Assembly: GCA_001938485.1 (NCBI GenBank)
Contig: MQRK01207056.1
Span: 1 to 64,000, forward strand
Length of the DNA: 64,000 nucleotides
Direction: 5' to 3'
From: Girardia tigrina
Lineage: Eukaryota
The translations under genes and the position numbers were made by a program. This document shows positions 1 to 12,715 of this stretch, piece by piece (within the stretch, counting starts at the first letter, position 1; every line of letters begins with the position of its first letter). The notes below the pieces were generated by a model that was not told where the DNA came from, made no database searches, and saw only the letters and a program-made list of their open reading frames with translations.

Positions 1-226
1 ACATTATGCTAATTATAGAGAAAAGTAATCAATATATGAAAATTCTAATTGCACATTGAAATAGAGAATGAAAATGTGTATCAAATACATGATATCGATT
101 TTTGACACTAGTACTTTTACACATGTGCAACTTAAAAAGCACTGTGCTAGCACATTAGAAATGTGTGGCAAAATGTGCACTATCGATTAGCACTTTGAAA
201 ATATCGATTAGCACATTTGGACACTG
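1..226. mobile_element. End of a probable non-autonomous DNA transposon, next to an N gap
   Basis: Repeated subterminal TATCGATTAGCAC motifs, ending ACACTG (CAGTGT on minus strand, hAT-like terminus); partner end not visible. Confidence 0.3.
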
Positions 227-390
227 TNNNNNNNNNNNNNNNNNNNNNNNNNNNNNNNNNNNNNNNNNNNNNNNNNNNNNNNNNNNNNNNNNNNNNNNNN
301 NNNNNNNNNNNNNNNNNNNNNNNNNNNNNNNNNNNNNNNNNNNNNNNNNNNNNNNNNNNNNNNNNNNNNNNNNNNNNNNNNNNNNNNNNN

Positions 391-520
391 CTAGGGTAAT
401 CGCGACCGTTGCTAGGGTGATCGTGACCGTTGCTAGGGTGATCGTGACCGTTGCTAGGGTGATCGCGACCGTTGCTAGGGTGATCGCGACCGTTGCTAGG
501 GTAATCGCGACCGTTGCCAT
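391..520. repeat. GC-rich 21-bp tandem repeat (CTAGGGTRATCGYGACCGTTG, about 6 units, left side lost in gap)
   Basis: Directly visible units; followed by GGGGGGTTAA resembling a piggyBac end plus TTAA. Confidence 0.95.
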
Positions 521-763
521 GGAGACGGTTCCCGGGCGGGGGGGTTAAGTGAGGGAGAACGCTCATTTATACACTACTTAACGAATATTAAATAAAAATC
601 GCTGATGAACTAATATGAAATTCCGAAACATGATGAATATTCAATTTCCTAAAATGACTTAAACAAAATTATTTTTCAAAAATATTAAATTAGCTTTCAC
701 ATGACTCAACATTGAAAGTGAACTAAATAAAAAATATAATAAAAAAGCAATCCTGTCGATATT

Positions 764-1759
764 TTATCGAGAGAAATTAAAGCTCAACATTTTAAGATCA
801 TAATGATAGGCTTTGATAACAGAGCAGGTACAGTTTTTCCCTGGCCGCGATATTCCGGTGTTAGAGGGTGAATAAATAAAATTTTTGGGTCGAGGGGAAC
901 AAAAAATTATCTCACTAAAGTTTTCTGTTCCCATATTATCACTGCTGCCTGTTTCTGAGCAATAAAGATCATTAGTAACACTAGTATTATCATTGGAACA
1001 ATTTTCATTATTCGAATAATATCGATGGTCATTGCCGATGTACAATCAGGCGGTCCACCACACGATTCATCGCCCAATAATTGTTCGGAAATTTTTGTTC
1101 TTAGTTTCACAAATAAATTTTATTTCTACAAAAATCCGATAATAATTCAACTGAATCTATTCATTTTGATTGATCTTTAGATCGTTTTTCCTAAAACTCT
1201 TTACAGTAAATACAAAAAGTCTTAACTAGAGTTCGAGGACGAAGATTACCTTTATCTGATCCAAACCGACAGTCAGACGGTTGACACAAATTTTTTGTCG
1301 GAATAAATGACGAATTGTTCATTTAACGAAGAGAAGCAATGGAAGAGATCAACTGATTCAGTAATTGAGTAAATGGCAATTGGTTGCTGGAAGAAGAAGG
1401 TAATGAGCCAATCCTATCATCGGGAGACACTTAAAGACTTAGGAAGTAGTCGATATTTTGGATGTCCAAATTAAGATATATCATTTGTTTCCAACTATAA
1501 TATTCCTATTTGCTATTTGCTACTAAAATGATAGGTAGTTTTTCCGGTAGAAACACTAATTCAAACGAATTCGGGTTCCTCTTCATCATTTCCATTTTAA
1601 ATGGTAAATCCTTGAAATTTTTACATGTTCTTTTCTTTTGACACATTCAGTGATTCGATTTCTTGAATTAATAAGATTTTAAGACATGGATTCCTTATCC
1701 AGTTCGACTGTCAAAACGAGTTTATAAGCTAAAATTGCTTCATCCATTAACATTTTCAT
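764..1759 (-). pseudogene. Decayed or cryptic gene with candidate tiny introns; weak TAF7 N-domain resemblance
   Basis: Removing GT-AG segments 1685-1662, 1624(or 1642)-1611, 1523-1506 and 1438-1414 gives one continuous frame MKMLMDEAIL...KLPIILEYYS...LAHYLLLPATN; residual stops further on. Confidence 0.4.
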
Positions 1760-1899
1760 TTGTAAAAAAATCTATCTTTCAAAAAAAATATTTATTTTTT
1801 CATAACTAATTGACAAAAATTTATTTTGAAAATCGATCACATTCTCTGTTTTTTTACACACCCATTAAAACACAAATGCCAAAGAATCACAAAAAAATA

Positions 1900-1946
1900 G
1901 AATCGGCCAATCACCGGAGAAAGAACATTTAAACTGGTCAATCAGA
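1900..1946. promoter_or_regulatory. Paired CCAAT-box-like motifs
   Basis: CGGCCAATCAC and TGGTCAATCAG about 32 bp apart, 150-190 bp upstream of the 1759 ATG. Confidence 0.4.
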
Positions 1947-2205
1947 AAAGCTACAACAATTACATTAACATTTTTGACAATAAAAATAACTACGATGTGG
2001 TGGTTTAATTTCATAAAATTTTTCAATTTTTCGGTAATCATGCCATTTTTTTATTTAATAATTTTTTATGTCTTTTTATTATTTATTTAATGTCTTTTTT
2101 TAATTATTTTTACTTTATGCTTAATGCAATGAAAAAAAAATATCTGATTTGAATAAAAATAAAAATCATCTGCACAAAAATCTTTTACAAGATCGTCTTT
2201 ATTAT

Positions 2206-2922
2206 TAGAGCTGTATCGGGTAGGCTTTTGATGCGAGTACCGAGAACCGAGCATTGGAAGTAATTTCCTACCGAACCGAGTATTTTAATTGGTATCGAGT
2301 TTTTGAATAATTTATATATTAAGTATTGTGCCCAAATTTGGTTAATCCATTCAGAGTCTTGAACATATCAATGTTTACTGTTTAATTTTAATGAACCGTT
2401 TTGTTGTTTTTAGGTCACCGATTATTATGCTTCATCAAAAAGTGAAAATATCTAATTATTCCAGAACTCATTTATATTGCATATTGACTAGTGACTAATG
2501 ATATAAAGAAAAACGAGTTTGAATTGGAATTTAAACTGTCAACGATAAAAATATCACCATTAAACATTTAGAATTCAGAACTGTTACCGTTTATGCAGCG
2601 AGTGTAAAAAGTTAAACAAATATTAAAGCATAAAGCGATGCATGCTAGAACGACTTACTGTATAATCTTTGTTGTAACTATTTACAATCGCTGCAAGTAA
2701 CGGGAACGCAGGGTAAATAAACACCTGAGCGATAATATGAATATTTTGATAGCATGGTTTGAGTTGTTTTTTTTCCATTAATAATTTTTATATTATTAAA
2801 AATATTTTGATTTCTTTATGTACTCTGCATCGGAAGGAATATTGTACCGAGTTGCCGATAATTGCTAAGTATGCTATTTCGACCGAGACCGAGTAGTCGA
2901 GCCTATAGTCGGTAGAGCTCTA
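2206..2922. mobile_element. hAT-type MITE
   Basis: TIRs TAGAGCTGTATCG / CGGTAGAGCTCTA; 8-bp TSD TTTATTAT/ATTATTAT; subterminal ACCGAG repeats at both ends. Confidence 0.75.
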
Positions 2923-3179
2923 ATTATTATAAAACTCCGAATTATGAACATTTCTTCTTCTCTCATCTCTTCTATCAATCAAGAACGAGAATTTGTAGAA
3001 AATATCAATAAAAGATGAAAAGTTTTTTTCTATATGATTTTTTGGTGTTTTTTTAAAGAAAATAAAAATGTTTATTCATATCCCAAATTAGACGATTGTT
3101 GGCGTCATTGAAAAATATTGCCAATTTTGTTGATAAACTATCGTCAATGAGGATGATATCAGTTTTGCTCAATTTAACT

Positions 3180-3900
3180 AATCGAATAAACATGATGTTT
3201 CTCGAAAATGAGGATATGAAATCCAATTATAATTGAGTTTTGTATTTTTCATTGTACGAGAATGGTTGACGTTTGTTCGATTATCTGACGATGTTTGAAT
3301 ATGGTTTGACATATTTGGAAGGTTTGGTGAAAAGTTGTAGTTTGAAGCGGGCCAAGCTAAATTAATATTTGTGGTATTGTTAAGACTCATTCTCAAACTC
3401 TTTGTTAAAGTTTCCGAAAAGATCAGAATCTTTATCTTCAAATATTGGTAATACGAAGGATAGATGAATTTGCTGGGATACTGTATTTCTTTTCTTGAAA
3501 GTAAATTATTTCATCCATAATGTGTGATAACAAAATTGACTGATATTCTTGCTGTATTTCATCTCGTTCCACTAGTAAAGCTTTGTGAAGTTTATCCGAC
3601 AGAAGAAATTCTTCTAAAAGTTTTGATTTTTTTACTGTTGAAAATAAATTATGGTTATATTTATAATTCTCAGAAGTCAGTCTCAGTGAACCGTGATCAC
3701 TATCATCACAATATAAATCCTAAGTTACTCCAACCGTATAGGATGAACTCCTCGATGTGGGAAATCTTTGACCATCATCGAAAATCGCGAAACAGGCTTC
3801 AAAGGCTAAAATTTTTTGAAAAAACAGATCCATTGCCCAAGGAGAATAAACATCTTGTATCAAAAACGAGTTAAAAAGGGAGGTAATAACATTAATTAGG
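3180..3900 (+). pseudogene. Gene-like fragments of unknown identity
   Basis: Higher complexity than flanks, 116-aa ORF 3524-3874, other frames broken by stops; no recognisable motif. Confidence 0.2.
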
Positions 3901-4935
3901 ATGGAAAGAAACATTTATCCTCTCCTTTCTAAATCAATTCGAGTTAAATCGATATAAAGTTATTTTTTATTTTATTAAAGGTTGTCTTGCAAATGAATCA
4001 ATTTGTTTACAATGGTGCTACACTAGTTGCAATGAAAGACTAAAATTGTTTCGCAATTGGGTTTGACTTAAAAGTCAGTGTGAGAGAATGAGGAGTTGCC
4101 CATGTTAGAACAAAAAAGTATTATTTTGGAAAAAAGATTGTTCGTCGGTGTCGGCGGTTAATTTGTAAACCATTTTTCGATTTTATATGATTAACTGCAT
4201 CATCAGATGTATTCTTTTTTTAGTCTTGGGCTATCGTATTCTTTAGCCTACCTTTGACTAAGTACAGAAAATGTTCAGAACTTCGTATATTGAAATATTC
4301 AAATGATATTATTATAGAAATTTAAACTTTAAATGTTTAAGAATTTTTAGAGTAATAAAAAGTTGATATTTTGACTTAGAAATTATAAATGTTTTGACCA
4401 TCAACTCAATTATATTATTAAAAATTGCTTTGCTAATCATAATTATAAGAAACAACCGATTATAATAATAGTCGAACTACAATATCCAATTCTCTCTATT
4501 TACTCAGGAATTTTGGATTTTCTTTCGATTTCGTTTTTCAAATGATAAAATAAGAAATGTATACTTTAATACACTTTCGTACAATTTGAGGTAATTCTGT
4601 GACTTTAGTAACACATAAATTATAAATCTTTTTCTTAAACCGTCTTATTGAATACCTCTGTCAATATTACTTTGGGTGTATTCTAAAACCACATCCTTTT
4701 TTTAGGTTGCTTGTTGCTGTTAAAGCAAATTTTATGATAATAGTTGGTACCAATTTGGCCTGTCTTTCAGCATGAACAAATAATAGCTGGAAATTATTTT
4801 CCAAAGTGTATGGATATTGAATCTAAGAGTTATTAGCAAAGTTTCTCCTGAAAAAAATAATCGTTTTGTTGTATAACTCTTCTTGGAAAAATGAAATATC
4901 AAAAAACGATTTGAGAGTTTGATAAATGAAGATGT

Positions 4936-5395
4936 TTAAATATCTTCCTGAAGGATCGGAGTCAATCGACACAACATCCCTTTCTTTATTAAACCGTTTG
5001 AAGAGAACTTGTTAAGATATGCGACACCTTCATTACAACATTTAATACAATTAGAATTCGGATCATCTTTATAACAATCCGTAGTAGTGCTTTCACTCAT
5101 ATTCATCGATCAAAGTTTAATAATTTTCATCCCAAAATTTGAACTAGCTTGAACCTACATATTCTTTTAAAATATTTACTACAAATATTATTGGTTAAAA
5201 TAAAATTATTATTACTCATTAAAAAATAATTATTTGATTTAATAATTTACAAATTTAAAAATAAAATTAATAAAATCATTTAAAATTTACAATCATAATA
5301 AATTAAAAATTTGAATAAATTAGTTTAAAATTAATCATCCATCTGATTAAGAGAGACACAATCCCAATTCAACACAACATGTTATGACTTATTAA
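4936..5395 (-). repeat. Dispersed cassette copy G
   Basis: Block 1 (TTGGGATTGTGTCTCTCTTAATCAGATGG) and ATG at 5106 opening MNMSESTTTDCYKDDPNSNC...VAYLN (56 aa). Confidence 0.5.
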
Positions 5396-5492
5396 ATTTA
5401 ATTAATTACAAATTGTATAATAAAACTAATTTTCAGGTCATTTTAATTGATAATCGTTTGAATTATTTATTTATATTCGTTATATATATATG

Positions 5493-6693
5493 TTAGGTGG
5501 GTCGAAAAATAATGGCGGTTTTTGAGCTTTATACTTTGTTTATCTACTTTGATATGTATATAAGTTTAAATGCATTAGTGTTAGATATTATTTGAAATCT
5601 TATGCCTAGCTGTATATTCCTATAGTCATTATTAACATATTGCTGTTATTTTTTAGAATATTTACGGTGCTAAATTAATAATGGAAAAAATTAAAATTCG
5701 AGCAATTTTCTTGTACGAATTTAAACTTGGTCATAAAGCAACAGAAACGGCTCGCGATATCAATAAAGCGTTTGGCAAGGGAACAGCTTCTGAGCGCACA
5801 GTGCAACGATGGTTGCGAAAATTTTCTGATGGAGATGAAAACCTTGAAGATGAAGAAGGTCGTGGTCGTCCAGTTGCTGTGAACAACGACAATTTTAGGA
5901 CAATGGTGGAAACAGATCCCCGTACAACAATCAGGGAACTTGCAGATGGGTTGGGCCTTAGTCATTCAACAGTCCTGAATTATTTAAAACAACTTGGAAA
6001 AATCAAGAAACTTGATAAATGGGTTCCACATGATTTGAATGAAAATCAAAAGAACCGACACTATGAAATTTGTTCTGCCAATCATCTTCGCAATAAAAAC
6101 GATCCATTTCTTAATCGTATTGTTAACTGTGATGAGAAATGGATCCTGTATGATAACCGATGTCGATCTGCACAGATGAAGTACCGAAACACTTTACAAA
6201 ACCGAAACTAACTAAGGTTATGGTGACAGTTTGATGGTGTGATGCTGGAATGATCCACTATAGTTTCTTGAATCCAGGTGAAACAATCACAGCGGATACG
6301 TACTGTCATGAAATTGATGAAATGCATAAAAAATTGAAAACCCTTTGTCTGGGATTGATCAATCGAAAAAGTCCCATCCTTCTTCATGATAACGCTAGAC
6401 CTCATATTTCAAAGTGACTCTTCAAAAGCTTAATGAATTGGGCTATGAAACCTTGCCTCATCCACCATATTCACCAGACCTCTCGCCAACGGACTTTTAG
6501 TTTTTCAGGCATTTGTACAACTTCCTACGTGAAAAAATTTTCAAAAACCAAAATGATGCTCAAAATGCCTTTCGAGAATTCGTCGCTTCGAGAACCGATG
6601 CATTTTATGCTAATGGAATAAAACAACTTGTTTCTCGTTGGCAAAAATGTATTGATGCCAACGGTTCATACTTTGATTAATAAACTTTTGTTT
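5493..6693 (+). mobile_element. mariner element, cecropia/Hsmar1-like, disrupted transposase 5681-6680
   Basis: Left TIR TTAGGTGGGTCGAAAAATAATGGCGGTTTT; IRAIFLYEFKLG, WVPHDL, CDEKW, HDNARPH, HPPYSPDLSPTDF; frameshifts and stops; right TIR falls in N gap. Confidence 0.92.
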
Positions 6694-6752
6694 NNNNNNN
6701 NNNNNNNNNNNNNNNNNNNNNNNNNNNNNNNNNNNNNNNNNNNNNNNNNNNN

Positions 6753-6787
<35 letters not shown>

Positions 6788-8446
6788 CAAGAATTAGAAT
6801 AACTACAAATTGATGGTTGTTGTCAAATGAGATTGCGGTATTTGACGGAGAAAGTCATTCCCAGTGTCATGTGAATAAAGATGGACAACGAGAATGTCAA
6901 GAAACAAATTCCCGACATCAAAAGCGATAAATTGGACTTAACTGCAGGTTACGAATGAGTTTGCGAAGAACGTCCGAATAAATCCAACTATCTGATTGCT
7001 TCATTTTAAATTATAGAATGAATCGATAATAATAATTATTTATTTATTATATAGTAGTAGCGAAGCTACCACGAATCATTGAAAAAATATTTTAAATTAG
7101 CATTACCATTTCCTCATAATAGCATCTCATCGTAGACGTACTTACTACCGGTAAATATAATATAAAAACACTACTGATATTATTTATTTTAAAGTTAAAA
7201 TTTTTTTCATACTTTTTGATAAAAGTGTATTCCCTATTTATTTTCTTTCTACCTCAGAAAATTGATAAAAGCCATAATCTCGCTACAAGCCAAATTCAAG
7301 TCTACCAAAAAAACTAATTGGAACACTTTCTATGTGATCATTATAAATATTAAATGTTGCATTAAGTTGTTTTTCTTCATATGCATATTTAATGTAATCG
7401 ACAACTTAAATTGGCCAACTATTTAAGATGTTGGATAATATTTATTATTATGTTCTTGATTAAAATTGGAATTCATAATTTTGTAAACTTTATTTTTACT
7501 ACAATTTTCATTATTGAAACAAAAAAATGAGGAACAAAATTTTAATTACATAATCCAGATCTAAAAATTCTAAATATAAATAATAATATCGATGTATAAA
7601 TATATATATGTTATTTTTTTCAATTTTGCATAAATCTTATTTTGTTTCTGTTTTATTAATTTTTTTACAATGTTTATAAATTTAGATCTTTATTAAAATA
7701 TTTTTAAAAATTCAATTCTTAAATATTTTTTTGATTTTTAATCATTCGATGATAAATTATTTTTTTTAATAAAACCCTTTATTTGATTTTAATAAAAATT
7801 GCATTCTTTTTAAAGTTTATTTTCTGTTAAATAATATTGCTTTTAGTTTTTAAAATTTATTTTACTTAATCTTGATTAAAAAAGTATTATGAAAAGAAAA
7901 TTTATAAATTCTATAACCTAATTTATTTTTATTTGAGAATAAAATTTTCATATTACGATTTAAAACATTTCAACAACTTTCTTTAAAAAATTAAATCATT
8001 AAGTTTATTTTTGGACAAAAATATTTTGTCCTTTAAAAATTAAAAAACCGAATTAAAACTTTTAACGACAATTAAATTCAATAAACATTATGATTTTAAA
8101 TATTGATACAAAGTATATCAAAATCTTCTTTATAATATTCTTTAACTCTAAAGCTGTTATTTTAATTGTCAATTTTTAAAACATAATTTTTATAAAAAAT
8201 CGTCTCAGTTTAATTAAAATATTATCTATAAACTTAAAAATTCTTTCGTTTTAATTAGTCGAACATTACTTTTTTTTAAAAAAAATATAAAATATGATTT
8301 TTAATTTCAAAATATCAAAAATTTAAAAAAAATATCAAAAATTAAAGTTCACCAAAAGGAACCCCAACATTTATGATTATTGATAAGCATCAATCCAGAT
8401 GAAATTTTATAATAAAAACAAAATTCATTCATTTGAAAATATATTT

Positions 8447-8491
8447 ATTGGCTATATATTTTGAGGGATCAACTATCATCTTCAGGTCAGT
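8447..8491 (-). ncRNA. Degenerate minimal type I hammerhead ribozyme (Penelope-type), solo copy
   Basis: ACTGAC-CTGAAGA-TGATAGTTGATCCCTC-AAAA-TATATA-GCCAAT; shares flanking CATTTRAAAATATATTT with the 14407 copy. Confidence 0.45.
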
Positions 8492-8577
8492 GACCAATAA
8501 TTTAATTCAATGTTAAAATGTTAAAAGAGTTATCTACTCTCAAAAATCCAGAAAGTTAATCAAATAATTATTCGACT

Positions 8578-8616
8578 TGGGTCAATCTTGACCCATGTTT
8601 GTAAAGTAAGGGTTAA
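8578..8616. mobile_element. Orphan piggyBac-like terminus
   Basis: Palindrome TGGGTCAA-TC-TTGACCCA followed by AAGGG+TTAA. Confidence 0.45.
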
Positions 8617-9540
8617 TCAAAGCATGGATAATTTCTTCATCAATTACTACTCTCTTCTTCATGAACAACACTTCAAGAATGATACCAAGTTAAACTCTAT
8701 CAATTAACTGCTGTTTAAGAAATTTTCAGTAATGGAAATGGAATCCTCCTATCTCCTATCTTTGATATAATATTATAATCTACCTAAGCAAGATGCGACA
8801 TCGTCGAATTAATAAATCAAAAATATGTGAACCTAAAGTTCAAAGGATAAAGCATTTCTATGAGTCGCGAATATTTGAGAAAAACAATAAAATTTATTAC
8901 AAAACAAAAACAGAATATTTTCCGATAACGAACTGAAAAAAATAAATCTTAATTTTACGATTAGTTTAGAAATTCAAAGAAAAAGGAATGTAAGAAATGT
9001 ACCGTAATATTTAACAAAATCAACAATAACGCCCACAATAGTCTCTCTAGGCAGCCAGTCTAGACTATTATTAGGTATCACATAGCGCTGCTCTTGGATA
9101 AATACATGTACTTCTCCTATGTGTTAAGACAATTTGAAGCGAGTATCTCATGGATAAGACAATCTAACGAAAAATATTTTAAAAATAATCCGTAGTTACT
9201 TACCGTTGGCTAATTTATCAAGCAGAGTCGAAGCAAACCAGTTTCATCACAGATTTTCTTTAATGAAAATCCGTCAATCTTCAACAATATTTTTTTGAAA
9301 TTTCGAACCCATTTTTATCCGATTGTCACTCATTTTAACAATTTTGTGTCTTTCCTTTCTACAGCAAATATGCTGAAAAGTGATGACAAACTATTTTGGA
9401 GTTATTAAGACAAAGTCCCTCCATTTAATATTTTTTAAATAATTAATTATTTAAATTTTAACTAATAAAATTTTGAATAAATCTTTTAACAATTCCCCCA
9501 TTTGCTCAGATAATAAGACTAAAGTCATTAATCAATTAAT

Positions 9541-9650
9541 TAGAAGGATGCAATCTTATGAAAGTTTTAATGAATATTGTCCTGAGGACAATCAAACTTG
9601 TTATGTTATTAAAAATATTAAAATTCAAATTGGTGTCATTAATATGGTGA
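9541..9650 (+). repeat. Dispersed cassette copy A (coding block only)
   Basis: AGAAGGATG then MQSYESFNEYCPEDNQTC...QIGVINM, collinear with copy C. Confidence 0.7.
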
Positions 9651-10198
9651 CCTACTCCCGAGAAAATTTCTCTGTGGAAGATATGAGAGAATTTATAAGT
9701 GAAATTGTTCAAAGTTACATAAATTGTCAGAAAAGGAAGACACTAACTACCAAAACGAGAGAAATATGTATATATATATATATTGATTTTTGTGAACCAT
9801 TCAAAAGAAATATAAATGGATGTCAATATGTATTTGTAATAATTGACCAGTTTAGTAGATATATTAGCTTGAATGCAGCAGCTAGTCAAGATGAAAAAAC
9901 AGTTAGAAAATTATTATTGGGCAGATGGAGTTGGAAATTCGGACCACCAAAAGAAATCCATGTAGACAGAGGAAAAACATTTGAGTTGTCTTAGTTCAAG
10001 GAAACGGCGGAAAATTTTCAAGTTGAGGTATTCTATTCGAGTACATATCATCATAATACAAATGGAATCGTGGAAGGACGATTATGGTGCGATCAGAGAT
10101 GTCTTAAATATTAGAATGAAGGATGGAGATCATAAAGATTTGATAGAAGTTTTATCAGAAATCTAGTGTATGTTAAATAGTACTGTACAAGCTACGAT
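9651..10198 (+). mobile_element. Ty3/Gypsy integrase fragment
   Basis: CQKRK zinc-finger end, IDF...YVFVIIDQFSRY, FGPPKEIHVDRGKTFE, YHHNTNGIVE; same family as 56988 ORF; disrupted. Confidence 0.85.
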
Positions 10199-10871
10199 AA
10201 TCAAACTTGTTGTGATAATAAAAATAGTAAAAGTCAAATTGGTGTTCTTAATACATATAACAAAATATTCAATCAACATCCTACAAACTAATTCAATTGA
10301 TCAAAGTCAAAACTAATCTACTGAGAAAAATATAACTTCTGAATGTTGATTTCTTACCTCAGCATTCAGAAAACGGTTAATTGTAATTCTTAATTCATTA
10401 ATTTGTCTTCTGTCGTTAATTAATCATATTTCATTAATTAAATGATTCTATTATTATTTTTTACATAAATATTTAAAGAAGGTTCGAAAATCTTTACAGT
10501 GATTTTCTAGCATTCTTAACAATGATAAAATGACTTAATAAAACACTTAATCTTGAAATTACATGTTATTCAGATGTCTTCCAGTAACAATTGACCCTTG
10601 TCTTACAATGCATAGCGACACAAACCTCTTATGAGTAAGGTAAAGCTGTTACGTTCTCAGGGTATAATTTTTAACTGTGCATTTTCAATCTACAATAAAA
10701 TGGTTTTTCGAAATTTAGAATTTCAATACGACTGAAACGTAATTTTCGCCATTTTAGAAAATGTTCACGTCATATTGTTACAGGTGTAAGAAATCCTTTT
10801 TTATTTATTCTTCTACCTCTTGTGTTATTTTTCATAATTTACTGAAATAACTCTGTTTATATAATCTGGTA

Positions 10872-11420
10872 TGTGAGGAATATTTTAAATTGTTTGAATT
10901 ATGACAATATTTTAAATTGTTTGAATGTGTAAATGTATGAATGATGTATGTTGAACTTAGAATGGTGATTCTCCCACGCAGATGGAAATTGGTATTTTTA
11001 TTTAAATTTAAAGTGATTGACTATTCGAACATAATTAAAATAATCATTTTATAAGTTCAAATTTTTAATTTTAAAAATTAATATTTTATAGTAAAATTTA
11101 AATTAAATGCATTTTTATAATTTGATAACATTTTTATTATTTTGGGTTTTATTAAGAAATGGTTAAAATTATTATTTTTAATTTATATTTTTATAAGTTA
11201 AATATTTTTAAAAATGACTTAGAAAAATTATTCGAATAATCATGATTAAAAATAGAGTTAAAAAACCAATTAGAAGGATGACAAACTATAAAAGACTTTC
11301 TGAGAGTCATAATGACTCTAAATGTGATTGTAATAAAAGTTCAAACGCGACTTGTCTAAATGTTCTTAATATGGTAAAAATTATATTGTATGATATTAAT
11401 GTTTTATTATATTTATTTTA
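10872..11420 (+). repeat. Dispersed cassette copy B
   Basis: TGTGAGGAATATTTT...CTCCCACGCAGATGGAAA, CTATTCGAA...TTCGAATAAT, ATG at 11278 MTNYKRLSESHNDSKCDCNKSS; truncated by the mariner at 11424. Confidence 0.75.
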
Positions 11421-11423
11421 TTA

Positions 11424-12715
11424 TTATGTGTACAACTAATTAATTTCGTATTTGTTACGAAATAACCTTATATTCGTATTTGTTAGCTCATTTCATATTT
11501 GTTACCTCATTTCGAATTTGTTACTAACCTCATATCTATTTATGTAGTCAATAGTCAATTTTATTGAATTTTAGTAAACATACAAATTTTTTCTATTACA
11601 GTCAAAATGTCAAATTACGTTCCAACAAAACAGCATTTGCGGGGAGGTTTGCTTTTGTTCTTTAATTTAAGGAAAAGTGCAACAGAAGCACATCGTTTAA
11701 TCTCAGAAGCTTATCCTGAATATGCTCCAGATGTTAGAGTATGTCAGCAGTGGTTTGCACGATTTAAAAGTGACGATTTTGACACAGAAGACAAAGAGCG
11801 ATCAGGTCCATCAAAAAAGTTTGAAGACATAGAATTGGAGGCATTACTCGATGAAGATTCATGTCAAACTCAAGAAGAACTTGGAAAAACATTGGAAGTC
11901 ACTCAACAAGCCATTTCTAAACGTTTAAAAGCAGCCGGATACATTCAGAAACAAGGAAATTGGGTGCTACACGAATTGAAGCCGAGAGACGTTGAGAGAC
12001 GATTTTGCATGTCTGAAATGCTGCTTAATTGCCACAAAAAGAAACCGTTTTTACATCGTATTGTCACTGGCAATGAAAAGTGAATTCATTACGACAACCC
12101 AAAGCGTAAAAGATCATATATGAAGCCAGGCCAACCAGCCAAATCGACACCAAAGACGAACATTCATGGTTTGAAGGTAATGCTCTGTATTGGGTGGGAT
12201 CAGAAGGGTGTGCTGTACTACGAGCTGTTAAAATCGGGTCAGACGATCACGGGCGAGCTATACAGGCAACAATTGATACGTTTGAAGCAAGCAATAGCCG
12301 AAAAACGGCCAGAATGGGCGACCAGACATGAGAAATTGATTTTCCATCATGACAATGCTCGGCCACATGTTGCAGTACCGGTCAAAAATTATTTGGAAAA
12401 TGCCGGATGGGTCTTATTCCAGCCTTATAGCCCAGACATAGCTCCTTCTGATTACTACTTGTTTCGGTCGATGCAGAATCACCTTTCTGGAATACGGTTC
12501 ACCAATGTTGAAGGTATTAAAAAATGGATTGATGACTTTCTCGGCGAAAAAGATGAGAAGTTTTTTTGGGATGGAATCCATAAATTGTCTGACAGATGGG
12601 AAAAAGTTGCCGCTTCCGATGGACAATATTTTGAATAAAATATTATTTCACTTTTATACTTAAATAAATGGTTTTTTTAACAAAAAAATACGAAATTAAT
12701 TAGTTGTACACCCAA
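11424..12715 (+). mobile_element. Full-length mariner, mauritiana/Mos1-like, inactive transposase 11607-12638
   Basis: TIRs (GTGTACAACTAATTAATTTCGTATT and its reverse complement), TA TSDs; WVLHEL, TGNEK* (catalytic D to N and W to stop), HDNARPH, YSPDIAPSDY. Confidence 0.95.

Noticed and set aside
155-566. ORFs and CRISPR-like appearance of the 21-bp repeat
   Set aside because: The ORFs are translations of a tandem repeat plus Ns; there are no unique spacers or cas genes, and the context is eukaryotic
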